A stretch of DNA of 64,000 nt from a virus (lineage: Duplodnaviria; Heunggongvirae; Uroviricota; Caudoviricetes), in the IMG/VR virus record IMGVR_UViG_3300017722_002988, positions 131,760 through 195,759 of that record; one strand, given 5' to 3'. How positions within the stretch are numbered: the stretch's first letter is position 1; each line of letters opens with the position of its first letter. The notes under the pieces were generated by a model. That model ran no database searches. It was given only the letters and a program-made list of their open reading frames with translations, and was not told the DNA's origin. The position numbers and the translations under genes are program-made. This document shows positions 1 to 9,301 of this stretch, piece after piece.

Positions 1-2
1 CA

Positions 3-350
3 ATCGGCCATGCCTATCACTCTCTTCCCAAAGATGGGAAGAAGCACCTGCACATTCTGGTCGGTGGTGATCGGGTTGAGATGGCTCATGGTCTCAAAAA
101 GAGCCTAGAAGCCGGCAAGATCCCAGAGATGAATGGTCACAAGTGGGACTCTATTCATATCCACACACCTGAAGACTCAAACCGTAAACACGGTATGTCT
201 GGGACTAACCTTCGCTCGGCAGCTGTGACTGACGATCATGAAGAGTTTCATCGCCACCTGGGTCATGCATTCTCCAAAGGGGAAGCAGACAGCATCAGGC
301 AGAAAGTAAAGAGTGCGATCATCAGCAAGAAGATTAAGATCAAACGTTAA
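3..350 (+). CDS. C-terminal part of T4-like nucleotidyltransferase (cytidylyltransferase-like); 5' end outside window
   Basis: Frame is open from base 3. HILVGGDRV and GMSGTNLRSAA resemble the VGSDRV and GMSASKMR motifs of this phage family. Confidence 0.55.
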   Translation: MGHAYHSLPKDGKKHLHILVGGDRVEMAHGLKKSLEAGKIPEMNGHKWDSIHIHTPEDSNRKHGMSGTNLRSAAVTDDHEEFHRHLGHAFSKGEADSIRQKVKSAIISKKIKIKR

Positions 351-435
351 GCTACTACTGTATTCGTTGAGCACAGCACCATTATACACGCTCCGGACGG
401 ATTGTACATATAGCATTTCGTAATCTTTCATCTTT

Positions 436-443
436 GATAAATA
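436..443 (+). promoter_or_regulatory. T4-type late promoter (GATAAATA)
   Basis: Matches the gp55 TATAAATA consensus; intergenic, ~40 nt upstream of ORF 485. Confidence 0.65.
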
Positions 444-484
444 CATCTGACCAGTAAGTCCAAGGAAAACCTGGAAGGAAACCC

Positions 485-1771
485 ATGACTGACAAAGCAA
501 TTGACACTACACCTTCGAGCGAAGGAAACAGTTCCAAGCCGAAGACCAAGTTGGATAAGCCAAAGGGCAACCAAACAATAGTCAATCCTCAGTATGATGA
601 GAAGCCAGACCCAGAGGCTATCGTACCATTTGGCAGCAACATCAACGAATCTAAAGCTCTAACGGCCCTGCAGCGCCTCCACCGCGCGCAGGCTATTCGT
701 CGTATCCAGCCGAAGATGAAGATGGCCAGGGAGCGTGCAGCGTCTCGTAAAGCTGACGATAAGAAGATCGCCAAACGCTCCATGCGCAAGGCTAGAGATA
801 TTGCCAGAGACCGCATTGCTGGAAACTCTGGTCGTAAGTACGCTGAGATGTCGACAGGCGAGAAGATCCAGATTGACAAGCGCCTTGAGGACAAGGTAGG
901 CCTGATTCGTCGTATCGCTAAGCGCCTCATCCCTGTAGTGCGAAAGCAAGAAGCTGATCGCTTTGCTGCCTACACCCACAAAGACATGGTCAACACGGAC
1001 AAACTACCTCACACCAAGATGACAGTGAAGGCGAAGTCGCTTAAGGAAGAGGCTGCTCCTATCACCAAAACAGGCGACTATGCTAGGCACCTTGCTGATA
1101 AAATGGCAGCCCATCACGGTGAAACCTACGAACACCCACGCTGGGGAACTAGCGCCAAATCTTCTCATGATGTTGTAGTAGGTGGCGGCCAAGGCACCCG
1201 GTCTCAGAGAGAATCCGGTCACTTTATTAGGCGTGATAACTATCACAAGATCCCCCTAGCAAAACAAAAAGCCGCTGAAGATGCTGTAATCCGGTCAAAG
1301 CCTAAAATCAACGTAAAAGGTCCTAACGGCACAAAGCAAGCCTATAAGCATGGTAAGTTCGTGGTCGTGGACCACGGAGAGCATTTTAGCGTTCACTCCC
1401 ATTCCAAATATAAGGCAGTAGCTGAGTCCTACGATCTCCTTGACGGCGCCGTCGATCAAAAACACACTAGCCGATACGGCCAGAAAATCATTGTCGGTAA
1501 AGATGGCAAGCGCAGAGTCGTCCCAACTGCCATCACTATCAAGTCTGTCGAAGAAGGCCTGCTGAAGAAGTCTCGCCTGTCCGGCATTCCACTGGAAGCG
1601 CTGCAGGAAGTTTATGCCAGAGGCGTGGAGGACTATGACCCATTCCGCCACGCCAAAACTCTGACTGAGCAGCAATACGCTTTCAATCGAGTTAACAAAT
1701 TCTTGGCCGATCGCTCCATTGATACAGATGTCGCCGGTCGTTTCATGTCTCGCGTGAGGGGATCCGAATAA
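485..1771 (+). CDS. Basic hypothetical virion/internal head protein
   Basis: 428 aa, K/R/H-rich, with SLKEE and SVEE putative prohead-protease sites; follows a late promoter. Confidence 0.6.
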   Translation: MTDKAIDTTPSSEGNSSKPKTKLDKPKGNQTIVNPQYDEKPDPEAIVPFGSNINESKALTALQRLHRAQAIRRIQPKMKMARERAASRKADDKKIAKRSMRKARDIARDRIAGNSGRKYAEMSTGEKIQIDKRLEDKVGLIRRIAKRLIPVVRKQEADRFAAYTHKDMVNTDKLPHTKMTVKAKSLKEEAAPITKTGDYARHLADKMAAHHGETYEHPRWGTSAKSSHDVVVGGGQGTRSQRESGHFIRRDNYHKIPLAKQKAAEDAVIRSKPKINVKGPNGTKQAYKHGKFVVVDHGEHFSVHSHSKYKAVAESYDLLDGAVDQKHTSRYGQKIIVGKDGKRRVVPTAITIKSVEEGLLKKSRLSGIPLEALQEVYARGVEDYDPFRHAKTLTEQQYAFNRVNKFLADRSIDTDVAGRFMSRVRGSE

Positions 1772-2241
1772 TGGAAAAGAGAATCTCCCCAGAGAACACA
1801 ACCCGCCAGATTGTGGCTGGTAGACGTACGACCAAGAAGGACCAGACGGTTCAAGGCGCCATCAATTTCATCTTGCAACAGCAACGAGCTGAAGGTGTTA
1901 CATCAGCAGACATGTCTATCGTCGACGGCAAAGAGCATGACGTCGACCAGCTAATGCGCCGGATCCATGGTAGCATTGTTCAAGAGGAACTTATCACTGA
2001 AGCTGAAGTCGCTGGCATCGCTGATAAACTAGGTGGATCCAAAGACAACCTGGCGATCCAAATCGCTCAGGCCCTTAACCGTTACAGCATGGTTGACAGC
2101 GCTGATGACAGGGGCATGCTCCTTCTCATTGCAGCATTGATGCTGCTCAACATCTCCGATACCGATACCACTAACGGTGTGGTTCGCCGTCTAATGACCG
2201 CAGGCCTTAGCCAGATGAGGAAGCCAAAAAATGACAAATAG
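1771..2241 (+). CDS. Hypothetical late protein
   Basis: 156 aa, TAATG-coupled to the upstream gene; contains IVQEELITE. Confidence 0.6.
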   Translation: MEKRISPENTTRQIVAGRRTTKKDQTVQGAINFILQQQRAEGVTSADMSIVDGKEHDVDQLMRRIHGSIVQEELITEAEVAGIADKLGGSKDNLAIQIAQALNRYSMVDSADDRGMLLLIAALMLLNISDTDTTNGVVRRLMTAGLSQMRKPKNDK

Positions 2242-3394
2242 GTCTGACAGAATCAAAGCACACATGAACGCAAAGAAGCTTAACGAAGATGCAGCGGGCG
2301 ATGTCCTGCGGGCCACTGCGGCCAAGCATAAGCTGAAGCGTATGGAAGGCACAAAGAAATCTCCGGCATTGATTGCTAAGCTGACTGCTCGCGTAGCCGC
2401 CGGTAAGCGCTACCAGACCGAGGAAACTATCAAGAAGGCCGTGAAGCCTGCTCCGAAGCCGGTCAAGCCACTGACCAATAACCCAGGATATGGGTATCAC
2501 GGGATTGTTGATCGTAAGCACAAGGGCGATGCTAACAAGGCTCATGCAGCCTACAACGCCATGCATGCCAAGGTTAAGAACTGGGCCGGAGAGGCAGGCC
2601 ACCTAGCCGTCTCGAAGAAGCCTAACGAGATGGTCCGTGACTATCTCGACTCGAAGCGTGGGCGACACCTAGAAGGTCTCGAGGCTGATGAGAAGTACAT
2701 CAAGAAGGACTTCGGCCATTTCTCCCGTTCATATGATCCGAAGCTGTTCGTCGAGTCCCTGGAAGAGGGCGTCCGTCGGACAACTCACGCTGTCTTCTGT
2801 GTGTACCATTCTGGCCAATACAAAGGTATGGTCGTTCATCACGGCGGTAACACGAGCAACCCAGAGAAAGCCCAAGCCCTAGCAGACAGACTCAACGCAT
2901 CTTCGGACGCTTTCTTCAAGGACAAACACGTAAAAGAAAAGGCTAACTACCACTATGAGGCTAGGCCTCGTGGCAATAGAACTTGGATGGAACATGCCGG
3001 TGATCCAGGTGATGATGATCACTCCGGTGTTTATGAAGTCCAGCAGAGGGACGGCCGTTACAAGAATGTTCGGATCCGGCGCCAGCCAGACGGAAAGTAC
3101 CATATCCATCACGCTGATGGTTCCAAAGGATCTACAGATCTCAACGGAGTTAAGTCATACATCTCCCGGAACAACGCAGCATGGATGAATGAAGAAGCCC
3201 TCAACGAGACCACTAGATCTGAAGATGCTCAGCGCGTCCAGTACGGTGTTATGAAGCGTGACGACTATCTACGGAAGTGGAAGATCGGCAAGTTCGGAGA
3301 GAAGAAGAACCGTCTAGCCGGGCCTGGGGGTCTCTACAAGAATCTCCTGGTCGGCAGCAACATTGATAACAAGAGTGCAGCGACCAAGAAATGA
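2231..3394 (+). CDS. His/Lys-rich putative internal head protein
   Basis: 387 aa with repeated LNE, LEE and MNEE segments separating short domains. Confidence 0.6.
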   Translation: MTNRSDRIKAHMNAKKLNEDAAGDVLRATAAKHKLKRMEGTKKSPALIAKLTARVAAGKRYQTEETIKKAVKPAPKPVKPLTNNPGYGYHGIVDRKHKGDANKAHAAYNAMHAKVKNWAGEAGHLAVSKKPNEMVRDYLDSKRGRHLEGLEADEKYIKKDFGHFSRSYDPKLFVESLEEGVRRTTHAVFCVYHSGQYKGMVVHHGGNTSNPEKAQALADRLNASSDAFFKDKHVKEKANYHYEARPRGNRTWMEHAGDPGDDDHSGVYEVQQRDGRYKNVRIRRQPDGKYHIHHADGSKGSTDLNGVKSYISRNNAAWMNEEALNETTRSEDAQRVQYGVMKRDDYLRKWKIGKFGEKKNRLAGPGGLYKNLLVGSNIDNKSAATKK

Positions 3395-3975
3395 ACCGCT
3401 TAATTGAAGTAAAACTTGCGATGGGAGTCGACAAGAAACACAAATTTGATGATGCTGATATAGGTAAGGTTGCTTCGCCAGCAACCGGGTTTACCCATAT
3501 TGGCGTCGTTCAAGGACATGATGTTTACCATCGGCAAAGAAATGCTGGAAACCATGACTTTGTGATGACCAAGGAAGGTGAACGTAAGATCCACACCCAT
3601 CTCAATACCTTTCAGTCAGACAGCCATAAATCCCATCACGTAAATTATCTGCAATCAAAACCAGGCCACGGCCCTGGAGCTCATCATCTTTACCATCATT
3701 TAATCACTAAACATAACGCCATTATATCCACGGACACTCAATCTGAGGGAGGTGCAGCCGTTTGGCATAAAATGTCGAAAATGAAAGGTGTACACATACA
3801 TGCTATTGATGCTAAAGGTGTTGGTCACCACGCGGATCTAAGCAATCTAAACGATCTTCGAGATACCCACGCAAGCCCAGCTGACATTCAAAAAGCTAAG
3901 GATGCGAAAGATAATGATGAAGCCAAACGCCTTAGATCAAACATGGCTAGATGGCTAGTCGCCCACAAGTCCTAA
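3391..3975 (+). CDS. Putative GNAT-like acetyltransferase with Alt-like 6-residue leader
   Basis: GHGPGAHHLYHHL...STDTQSEGGAAVWHKM resembles phage GNAT motifs; N-terminus MNRLIE. Confidence 0.45.
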   Translation: MNRLIEVKLAMGVDKKHKFDDADIGKVASPATGFTHIGVVQGHDVYHRQRNAGNHDFVMTKEGERKIHTHLNTFQSDSHKSHHVNYLQSKPGHGPGAHHLYHHLITKHNAIISTDTQSEGGAAVWHKMSKMKGVHIHAIDAKGVGHHADLSNLNDLRDTHASPADIQKAKDAKDNDEAKRLRSNMARWLVAHKS

Positions 3976-3985
3976 GTTCACATTA

Positions 3986-3993
3986 GATAAATA
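3986..3993 (+). promoter_or_regulatory. T4-type late promoter (GATAAATA)
   Basis: Consensus match in the intergenic gap before ORF 4016. Confidence 0.65.
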
Positions 3994-4015
3994 ACCCAAA
4001 GTCTCCCAGAAGGAA

Positions 4016-5395
4016 TTGTCCATGACAACGAGAAATACATTTGCGGCTGCCCTTGCCAGGAAGCTGGCTCCTTTGAATGAAGCCGTTGAGGACATTCAAG
4101 AGGTTTCTAGCCCAACGCTAAACCGCTATTCAAAGGCCGCTCGTGAGCAAATTACTGCTATCAGTAAGAAGCCTGGCAAGACCTCGGCAGCTGGTAAAGC
4201 CGTCATCGCCAAGCGCGAAGCTGGTGTGGCCAAGGCCAACGACATCACAAACACCCGACGCACCCAAGCTTGGGATGCGCATGCTGTGGCCTCTCACGCA
4301 GCCTTTAAAGCGGCTGCAGATGACGCTCTGTCTGCCCACGGCTATGAGGTTGCTCATCCTGGCCAGATGTCGAATGTTTATACGAAGCATGACCCAGAGA
4401 CAAACTCGCTGTTTATTGCTAAGCACCATTTTGGTAACCCTTCTACGAGTGACTCTCCTCACTCCGCTCAGGGCCAGATCAAGTTGGTTTCTTCTAATGG
4501 CACAACTTCCGACATTCGCCACTCCTCATGGGGCCTCCGTCCACGTGAAAACGACGAGCCTGTCGATTTGCATGGCGAGCACTTCAAGAAGATTGTAGAC
4601 GAAATCAATGATCACCACAAGTGGTCGAAGAACTCTGCCTTCAACCAAGACATGAACGAAGGTGCTGAGTATCCTTCTGATGAAATGCTGGCCGAAGCGT
4701 TCCCAGAACTCAGTGGAGAGCCGCTCGACGAAATCCGCTATGTCAAGCCAGTTAAAGCTCCAAAGACTAAGGCTACGAAACCAGCTTACGTTTCTCCAGC
4801 TCGTAAAAAGTGGATCAAAGATCACGAGCACGAAATGCAGCCATTTGAAGAAGCCAAAGAGCCATACGTTTCGCCAGTTCGCAAGAAGTGGGTAGCTGAC
4901 CAAATCGAGAAAGAAAACAACGGAACTCTTAACTCGAATGCAGCTAATCCGCCGCGCTATGTCGCTCGCATCCCAATGACAACATTGGCCAAGGAAGAAG
5001 CCCCTGCTGAAGATGCAAAGGTCATCAAAGAAGGCCGTGGTCGTCCTCGCAAGGACGGTACTACCAAGGAAGGTGCAGATCGCGAGCACATCATCATGCA
5101 GCTCCGCAAGCACGTCTCGCTCCGTGGCCAGAACCCAATCGAGTTTAAGGACGGATCCAAGGCTTCGCCAGGCGAAGGCCAAGCACGTCTCGCTCTGATC
5201 ATCCACAACGGCCTGCGTACTCCACAAGAGAAGGCTAACTACATGGATCGCCTCGACGCAAACCACGAATCCTTCAAGGACGCAGTTCGTTCCAAGTCCC
5301 CTGAAGAAGCCGGCAAGGCTCCAACTCAAAAATCCCGCATCACGCTCCCAGCCATTGATCGTCTCAATGCTAAGCTGGGTCCTGACACTAACTAA
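4016..5395 (+). CDS. Putative internal head protein with AT-hook-like motif
   Basis: 459 aa; LNEAVEDIQE, MNE and IKE sites; GRGRPRK motif. Confidence 0.55.
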   Translation: MSMTTRNTFAAALARKLAPLNEAVEDIQEVSSPTLNRYSKAAREQITAISKKPGKTSAAGKAVIAKREAGVAKANDITNTRRTQAWDAHAVASHAAFKAAADDALSAHGYEVAHPGQMSNVYTKHDPETNSLFIAKHHFGNPSTSDSPHSAQGQIKLVSSNGTTSDIRHSSWGLRPRENDEPVDLHGEHFKKIVDEINDHHKWSKNSAFNQDMNEGAEYPSDEMLAEAFPELSGEPLDEIRYVKPVKAPKTKATKPAYVSPARKKWIKDHEHEMQPFEEAKEPYVSPVRKKWVADQIEKENNGTLNSNAANPPRYVARIPMTTLAKEEAPAEDAKVIKEGRGRPRKDGTTKEGADREHIIMQLRKHVSLRGQNPIEFKDGSKASPGEGQARLALIIHNGLRTPQEKANYMDRLDANHESFKDAVRSKSPEEAGKAPTQKSRITLPAIDRLNAKLGPDTN

Positions 5396-5410
5396 TAAGG
5401 AATACCCACC

Positions 5411-6028
5411 ATGGCTCAATGGAAGAACACCGACGCTGCAGCGAACTCCGTAATTTGGGCCGCTGGGCAACTCAAAACTCCGGCGAACACGGCCAACCGT
5501 GACGCCCTCTTTGGCAACACAACCGCCGACGCAACAGTTGCTGGACAGACCATCGGTATGTTTGGCGCCGACGTAACCGAAACCACTGTTAACCCTGCTA
5601 TCACTCATGCTGGGTGGGTTCTTCGTACTGTAGGTTCCGGCGGTCGTGCTGGCCGTGTCCAATATGAAACCCTAGTTGCTATGGGTTCTCTGACTGCTGA
5701 TGCTGAAGATGCTGTCCTGTCTGATGCCCGTCTGACCTGGGTAACCCAGCCAGTCGCTGCGAACGTTACCGCACCTGCTGCTGCAACGTTCACGATCGCA
5801 GTTTCTGTGGTTCCTGGTACCGTTACGCCTACGTACGTTTGGCAGGCTAACACGGGCTCTGGCTTCGCCAACCTGTCCAACGCGGGTGTTTACAGCAACA
5901 CCACCACGGCTACCCTGAGCATCTCGAACTCCACTGGCCTGAACGGTGTCCAGTACCGTGCTCTGGCTCTGGCAACAGGTGCTAACACGATTACCTCTAC
6001 AGCAGCGACCCTTACCGTCGGCGCATAA
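5411..6028 (+). CDS. Virion structural protein with C-terminal Ig-like domain (Hoc-like decoration)
   Basis: A/T/G/V-rich; TQP...ATFTIAV...TYVWQ...TATLSI...GVQYR...AATLTV is an I-set Ig pattern. Confidence 0.65.
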   Translation: MAQWKNTDAAANSVIWAAGQLKTPANTANRDALFGNTTADATVAGQTIGMFGADVTETTVNPAITHAGWVLRTVGSGGRAGRVQYETLVAMGSLTADAEDAVLSDARLTWVTQPVAANVTAPAAATFTIAVSVVPGTVTPTYVWQANTGSGFANLSNAGVYSNTTTATLSISNSTGLNGVQYRALALATGANTITSTAATLTVGA

Positions 6029-6057
6029 GTAACTGTAAGGTAACAAAGGAATAGAGA

Positions 6058-6372
6058 ATGAGTGACAGATCTAAGATGATCCCTGATATCACGACCGCTA
6101 ACACGGTCGTGCAGGGTGATCTCTTCATTGTAGAGAAGGCGGCAGGGACTCGAGTAGTCGCTGCTGAGAATCTGTTTGGTTCTATTGCAGTTGACGTGCT
6201 GGTTGGTGGCAATAACAAGCTTAGTGCCACCACCCTAGCCGTCTTGAAAAGTGATACACCAGTCAGTTCGACTGGTTCATTCACAGCGCGACAGATGTGG
6301 TTTGATGATACGTACCTTTACATAGCAATCAACTCAACAACTCTCAGGCGCGTCGCACTACAGGCGTTCTAA
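6058..6372 (+). CDS. Hypothetical structural protein
   Basis: 104 aa ORF with RBS in the late cluster. Confidence 0.5.
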   Translation: MSDRSKMIPDITTANTVVQGDLFIVEKAAGTRVVAAENLFGSIAVDVLVGGNNKLSATTLAVLKSDTPVSSTGSFTARQMWFDDTYLYIAINSTTLRRVALQAF

Positions 6373-6746
6373 TGCTAACTGATCAGAATTTTGTATTATT
6401 CGCAGCCAAGCATTACGACAATCCTGAGTGTCACACCACAGAAGAGTTTCATGAGGACCTCAATAAACTGAAGTATCTGAAGAAGATCTTCAAGAGGTAT
6501 AGGGACACCAGCGACATCAATACTCGCTTGACCTTAAATTACATCATAACATTCTACAATCTATTTGGTGTCGATGGCTCTAACAAAATGATGTTCTTCA
6601 AACTGAAGGACTATCATGATGTGTTGAAGCCATTTCTCGTTATGCTCAACTATATGCCAGAGGTTGTAGACCTCGGCAAAGCACGAATCCGAAGTTCAGA
6701 CATTACGATGGACCCAAAGATCATAGCAGAACTGAGAAAGATATGA
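6372..6746 (+). CDS. Conserved T4-like hypothetical protein
   Basis: NFVLFAAKHYDNPEC...EFHEDL motif recognised from T4-like phages. Confidence 0.6.
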   Translation: MLTDQNFVLFAAKHYDNPECHTTEEFHEDLNKLKYLKKIFKRYRDTSDINTRLTLNYIITFYNLFGVDGSNKMMFFKLKDYHDVLKPFLVMLNYMPEVVDLGKARIRSSDITMDPKIIAELRKI

Positions 6747-7051
6747 TCCCCTTCGCTAACTTCATAGCAGAATCTGACGACTACTACTATCATGGAACGT
6801 CCGATGCTAACGCAGACGAGATCATGAAGCACGGTCTGGACACAAAAAAGTCAGTTTTCAGTGGTAAGACCTATCTGACTAGGAGCTATATGCTCGCAAA
6901 CAAATACAGCAAATCCGGGGCTGGTAAACTTGGGACCGTTCTTAAAGTCAAGAAGGACGCGTTGGATCCGGATCACACAATTCATCACGATTCGACCGGT
7001 GTTATTGAATACACCGATCACATTCATCCTGATCATATCTCAAAGGTATAG
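6743..7051 (+). CDS. Small ADP-ribosyltransferase-fold protein (Tpt1/KptA-like NAD-binding domain) with capsid-targeting leader
   Basis: YHGTS...I...GL...YLT...A..Y...VLKV...IHPDHI; N-terminus MIPFANFIAE. Confidence 0.55.
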   Translation: MIPFANFIAESDDYYYHGTSDANADEIMKHGLDTKKSVFSGKTYLTRSYMLANKYSKSGAGKLGTVLKVKKDALDPDHTIHHDSTGVIEYTDHIHPDHISKV

Positions 7052-7053
7052 AA

Positions 7054-7224
7054 ATGAAGACCTTCAAAGAGTTCATTGAAGAAGACGTCCCTACCTGTTC
7101 AGCATCAGGCGGTGCCATTGCATCCATCGGCGTTGGAGTTCAAGGTGAACCGCCCGGAAAAAGATCTAAACTTAACAAAACACTTATGTTCAAACGTAAA
7201 CCACCAGAGGTTGTCAATTCATAA
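7054..7224 (+). CDS. 56 aa internal head protein with capsid-targeting sequence (not in ORF track)
   Basis: Hand translation MKTFKEFIEEDVPTCSASGGAIASIGVGVQGEPPGKRSK...; matches the T4 IP leader MKTYQEFIAE. Confidence 0.7.
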   Translation: MKTFKEFIEEDVPTCSASGGAIASIGVGVQGEPPGKRSKLNKTLMFKRKPPEVVNS

Positions 7225-7227
7225 ATA
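7220..7227 (+). promoter_or_regulatory. T4-type late promoter (CATAAATA)
   Basis: Consensus match upstream of the holin-like gene. Confidence 0.6.
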
Positions 7228-7283
7228 CTCCTGTTGAACGAGCGTATTCTATTTGTCATGCTTTTATATAAAGAGGACGACAA

Positions 7284-7553
7284 ATGGAAAAGTTTTTAAG
7301 GGACCTGTTTACAGGTAAAGACAATAAAACCTGGGATCTAGGTAGAGTAATGTGGGCGTGGGGTACTGTTGTATACTTCGCTATGACACTATATTCCCTT
7401 TACAAAGCCATCCCAGTGGACCCATTGAATTGGGCAACGGGCTTTGGTGCCATTCTCGCAGCCGGCGGAGCAGCTATCATGCTGAAGCGCCAGGACGAGC
7501 CACACCCAGATACCACAACCACGACGACGGCGTCTGAGGGCGAAGTAGTATAA
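7284..7553 (+). CDS. Small two-TM membrane protein, putative holin
   Basis: 89 aa, two hydrophobic segments, charged C-terminal tail, late promoter. Confidence 0.5.
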   Translation: MEKFLRDLFTGKDNKTWDLGRVMWAWGTVVYFAMTLYSLYKAIPVDPLNWATGFGAILAAGGAAIMLKRQDEPHPDTTTTTTASEGEVV

Positions 7554-8233
7554 TGCCGGCTGTTCCCGAACACACCATAGTTGACTCGATAATTGATCTT
7601 TGGCCCCTAGCGGCTTCTGCAATTGCTGCTGTAGTTGGCTGGTTTACGGCGGTACTAAAGGGCCGTAACGATTTCAAAATCAAAGCCGAGGCCGCCTTTG
7701 ACGAATTGCTCGAGCGTGCACACAAAACTGAAGTTGAACTCGCCCAGATGCGAGCAGTTCTTGCTGCGGCTACTGGTAAGAAATTTGAAGAAGTAACCCT
7801 GGAGATGATTCGGGAGCTCGTCTTCAAGCAGGCTGTCACGCTAAGAGAAATCCAAACCTTCATTTACACGATGCCGCGCTTGGTATGGATCAAGCGCCGT
7901 GAAGGTGAGAAAAGCTTCCGCATGATTCAAGTCAGCCAGGCTTATGCCGACAAGTATCTTGGAGGCGAGGCTCAGGCGTATGAGGGCAAATTTGACCACG
8001 ACATTTGGCCGCTTGACGTTGCTGATGCCTTTGTAGAAAATGACGAACTAGCGTATCGCTCCGGCGAAACAGTTGAGACTGTTGAGAAAGTTTATTCATC
8101 AAGAACCGGTATTCATGGTGTGTTCATTGGAACGAAATGGTCTTTCCGCCTCGGAAACGACACATATGTTTGCGGGCTAGGCGTCCACGAGGATGTTCAT
8201 ACCCCTAAAGTTATTGACGTTACTGCATTTTAA
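7553..8233 (+). CDS. Membrane-anchored coiled-coil + PAS-domain protein
   Basis: N-terminal TM segment; MPRLVWIK...YEGKFDHDIWPLDVADAFVENDELAYRSGETVETVE matches the PAS_4 pattern GKTD.D.FP....Y...D..V...G.....EE. Confidence 0.6.
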   Translation: MPAVPEHTIVDSIIDLWPLAASAIAAVVGWFTAVLKGRNDFKIKAEAAFDELLERAHKTEVELAQMRAVLAAATGKKFEEVTLEMIRELVFKQAVTLREIQTFIYTMPRLVWIKRREGEKSFRMIQVSQAYADKYLGGEAQAYEGKFDHDIWPLDVADAFVENDELAYRSGETVETVEKVYSSRTGIHGVFIGTKWSFRLGNDTYVCGLGVHEDVHTPKVIDVTAF

Positions 8234-8235
8234 GG

Positions 8236-8264
8236 GTGTACCTATTTTCGGTTTGGATTATGAT
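8236..8264 (+). promoter_or_regulatory. sigma70-like early promoter for primase
   Basis: GTGTAC-17 bp-TATGAT. Confidence 0.6.
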
Positions 8265-8287
8265 GGGGAAATAACCCCAGGACAACC

Positions 8288-9301
8288 ATGTGGCTTGAAC
8301 GGAAATACACCAGCCTTCTCAGTACTCGTCTAGAACGATTCAAACTTCGCGGTCATGTTGCGTCGTTTCGCTGTCCCATATGTGGAGACTCGAAGACAAA
8401 CAAATACAAGACTAGAGGGACGATAGTTCTCCAGTCCTCAGGCTCGTATTTCTATTGCCACAACTGTCATGCTACCAAAGAGTTCGGGCCCTTTCTAAGG
8501 ATCATTGACCAGATGCTCTTTGATGATTATCTCAAAGAGCATCTGGCAGAGAAATATTCACAGGCGCCTAAAGCCGACGACTCAAAGTTTGATGCAAAGC
8601 CAGAGTTCAAAAAGATCGATGACAAACTAGCTGGGCTTCGAAAAGTATCTCAGCTAGGCCACGATCATCCGGTTCGAGCGTATGTTGAGTCTAGGCAGAT
8701 TCCTGCTAGCCAACACTACCGCATTTACTATACGCCAAAGTTCAAAGCATGGACTAACAGCATCATTCCAGGCAAGTTTGAGAATGTCGACAAGGATGAA
8801 CCGCGTCTGATCCTTCCGTTCCTTGATGCTAATGGTGCATTCTACGGATTTCAAGGTAGATCGTTTAAGCGTAAGATTGATCCTAGGTATAGATACCTCA
8901 CCATCATGGCAGATCCTGAGAGACCTAAGGTCTTCGGCTTGGATGTAGCAGATCTCAAAAAGCCGTATCGAGTAGTTGAAGGACCGATCGACTCTCTGTT
9001 TGTGAAGAACTGCATTGCTACTGCCGGCGGAAAGCTCCAGGCCGAGCTTGCCAAGATGCATGCCGACCCCAAACTGGGAACTGTCATCTACGACAATGAA
9101 CCCCGCAATGCCCATGTCGTTCGCAACATGGAAGGGGCCATTGAGGATGGTTTCAATGTGGTCATTTGGCCAGAGTCCCTGACTCTCAAAGACGTAAATG
9201 ACATGGTTCTCGCTGGAATTGATCCAGAGGCCATGATCAACGATCATACATATTCAGCGCTACGTGCTAAACTTGAGTTACAAAAATGGAGAAAGACTTG
9301 A
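8288..9301 (+). CDS. 61: DNA primase (T4 gp61-like)
   Basis: Zn ribbon CPICGDS...CHNC, TOPRIM VVEGPIDSLF, DNEPRN, KDVNDM. Confidence 0.95.
   Translation: MWLERKYTSLLSTRLERFKLRGHVASFRCPICGDSKTNKYKTRGTIVLQSSGSYFYCHNCHATKEFGPFLRIIDQMLFDDYLKEHLAEKYSQAPKADDSKFDAKPEFKKIDDKLAGLRKVSQLGHDHPVRAYVESRQIPASQHYRIYYTPKFKAWTNSIIPGKFENVDKDEPRLILPFLDANGAFYGFQGRSFKRKIDPRYRYLTIMADPERPKVFGLDVADLKKPYRVVEGPIDSLFVKNCIATAGGKLQAELAKMHADPKLGTVIYDNEPRNAHVVRNMEGAIEDGFNVVIWPESLTLKDVNDMVLAGIDPEAMINDHTYSALRAKLELQKWRKT

Noticed and set aside
7254-7286. Hairpin covering the RBS of the holin-like gene
   Set aside because: Two mismatches in a short AT-rich stem; too weak to claim.
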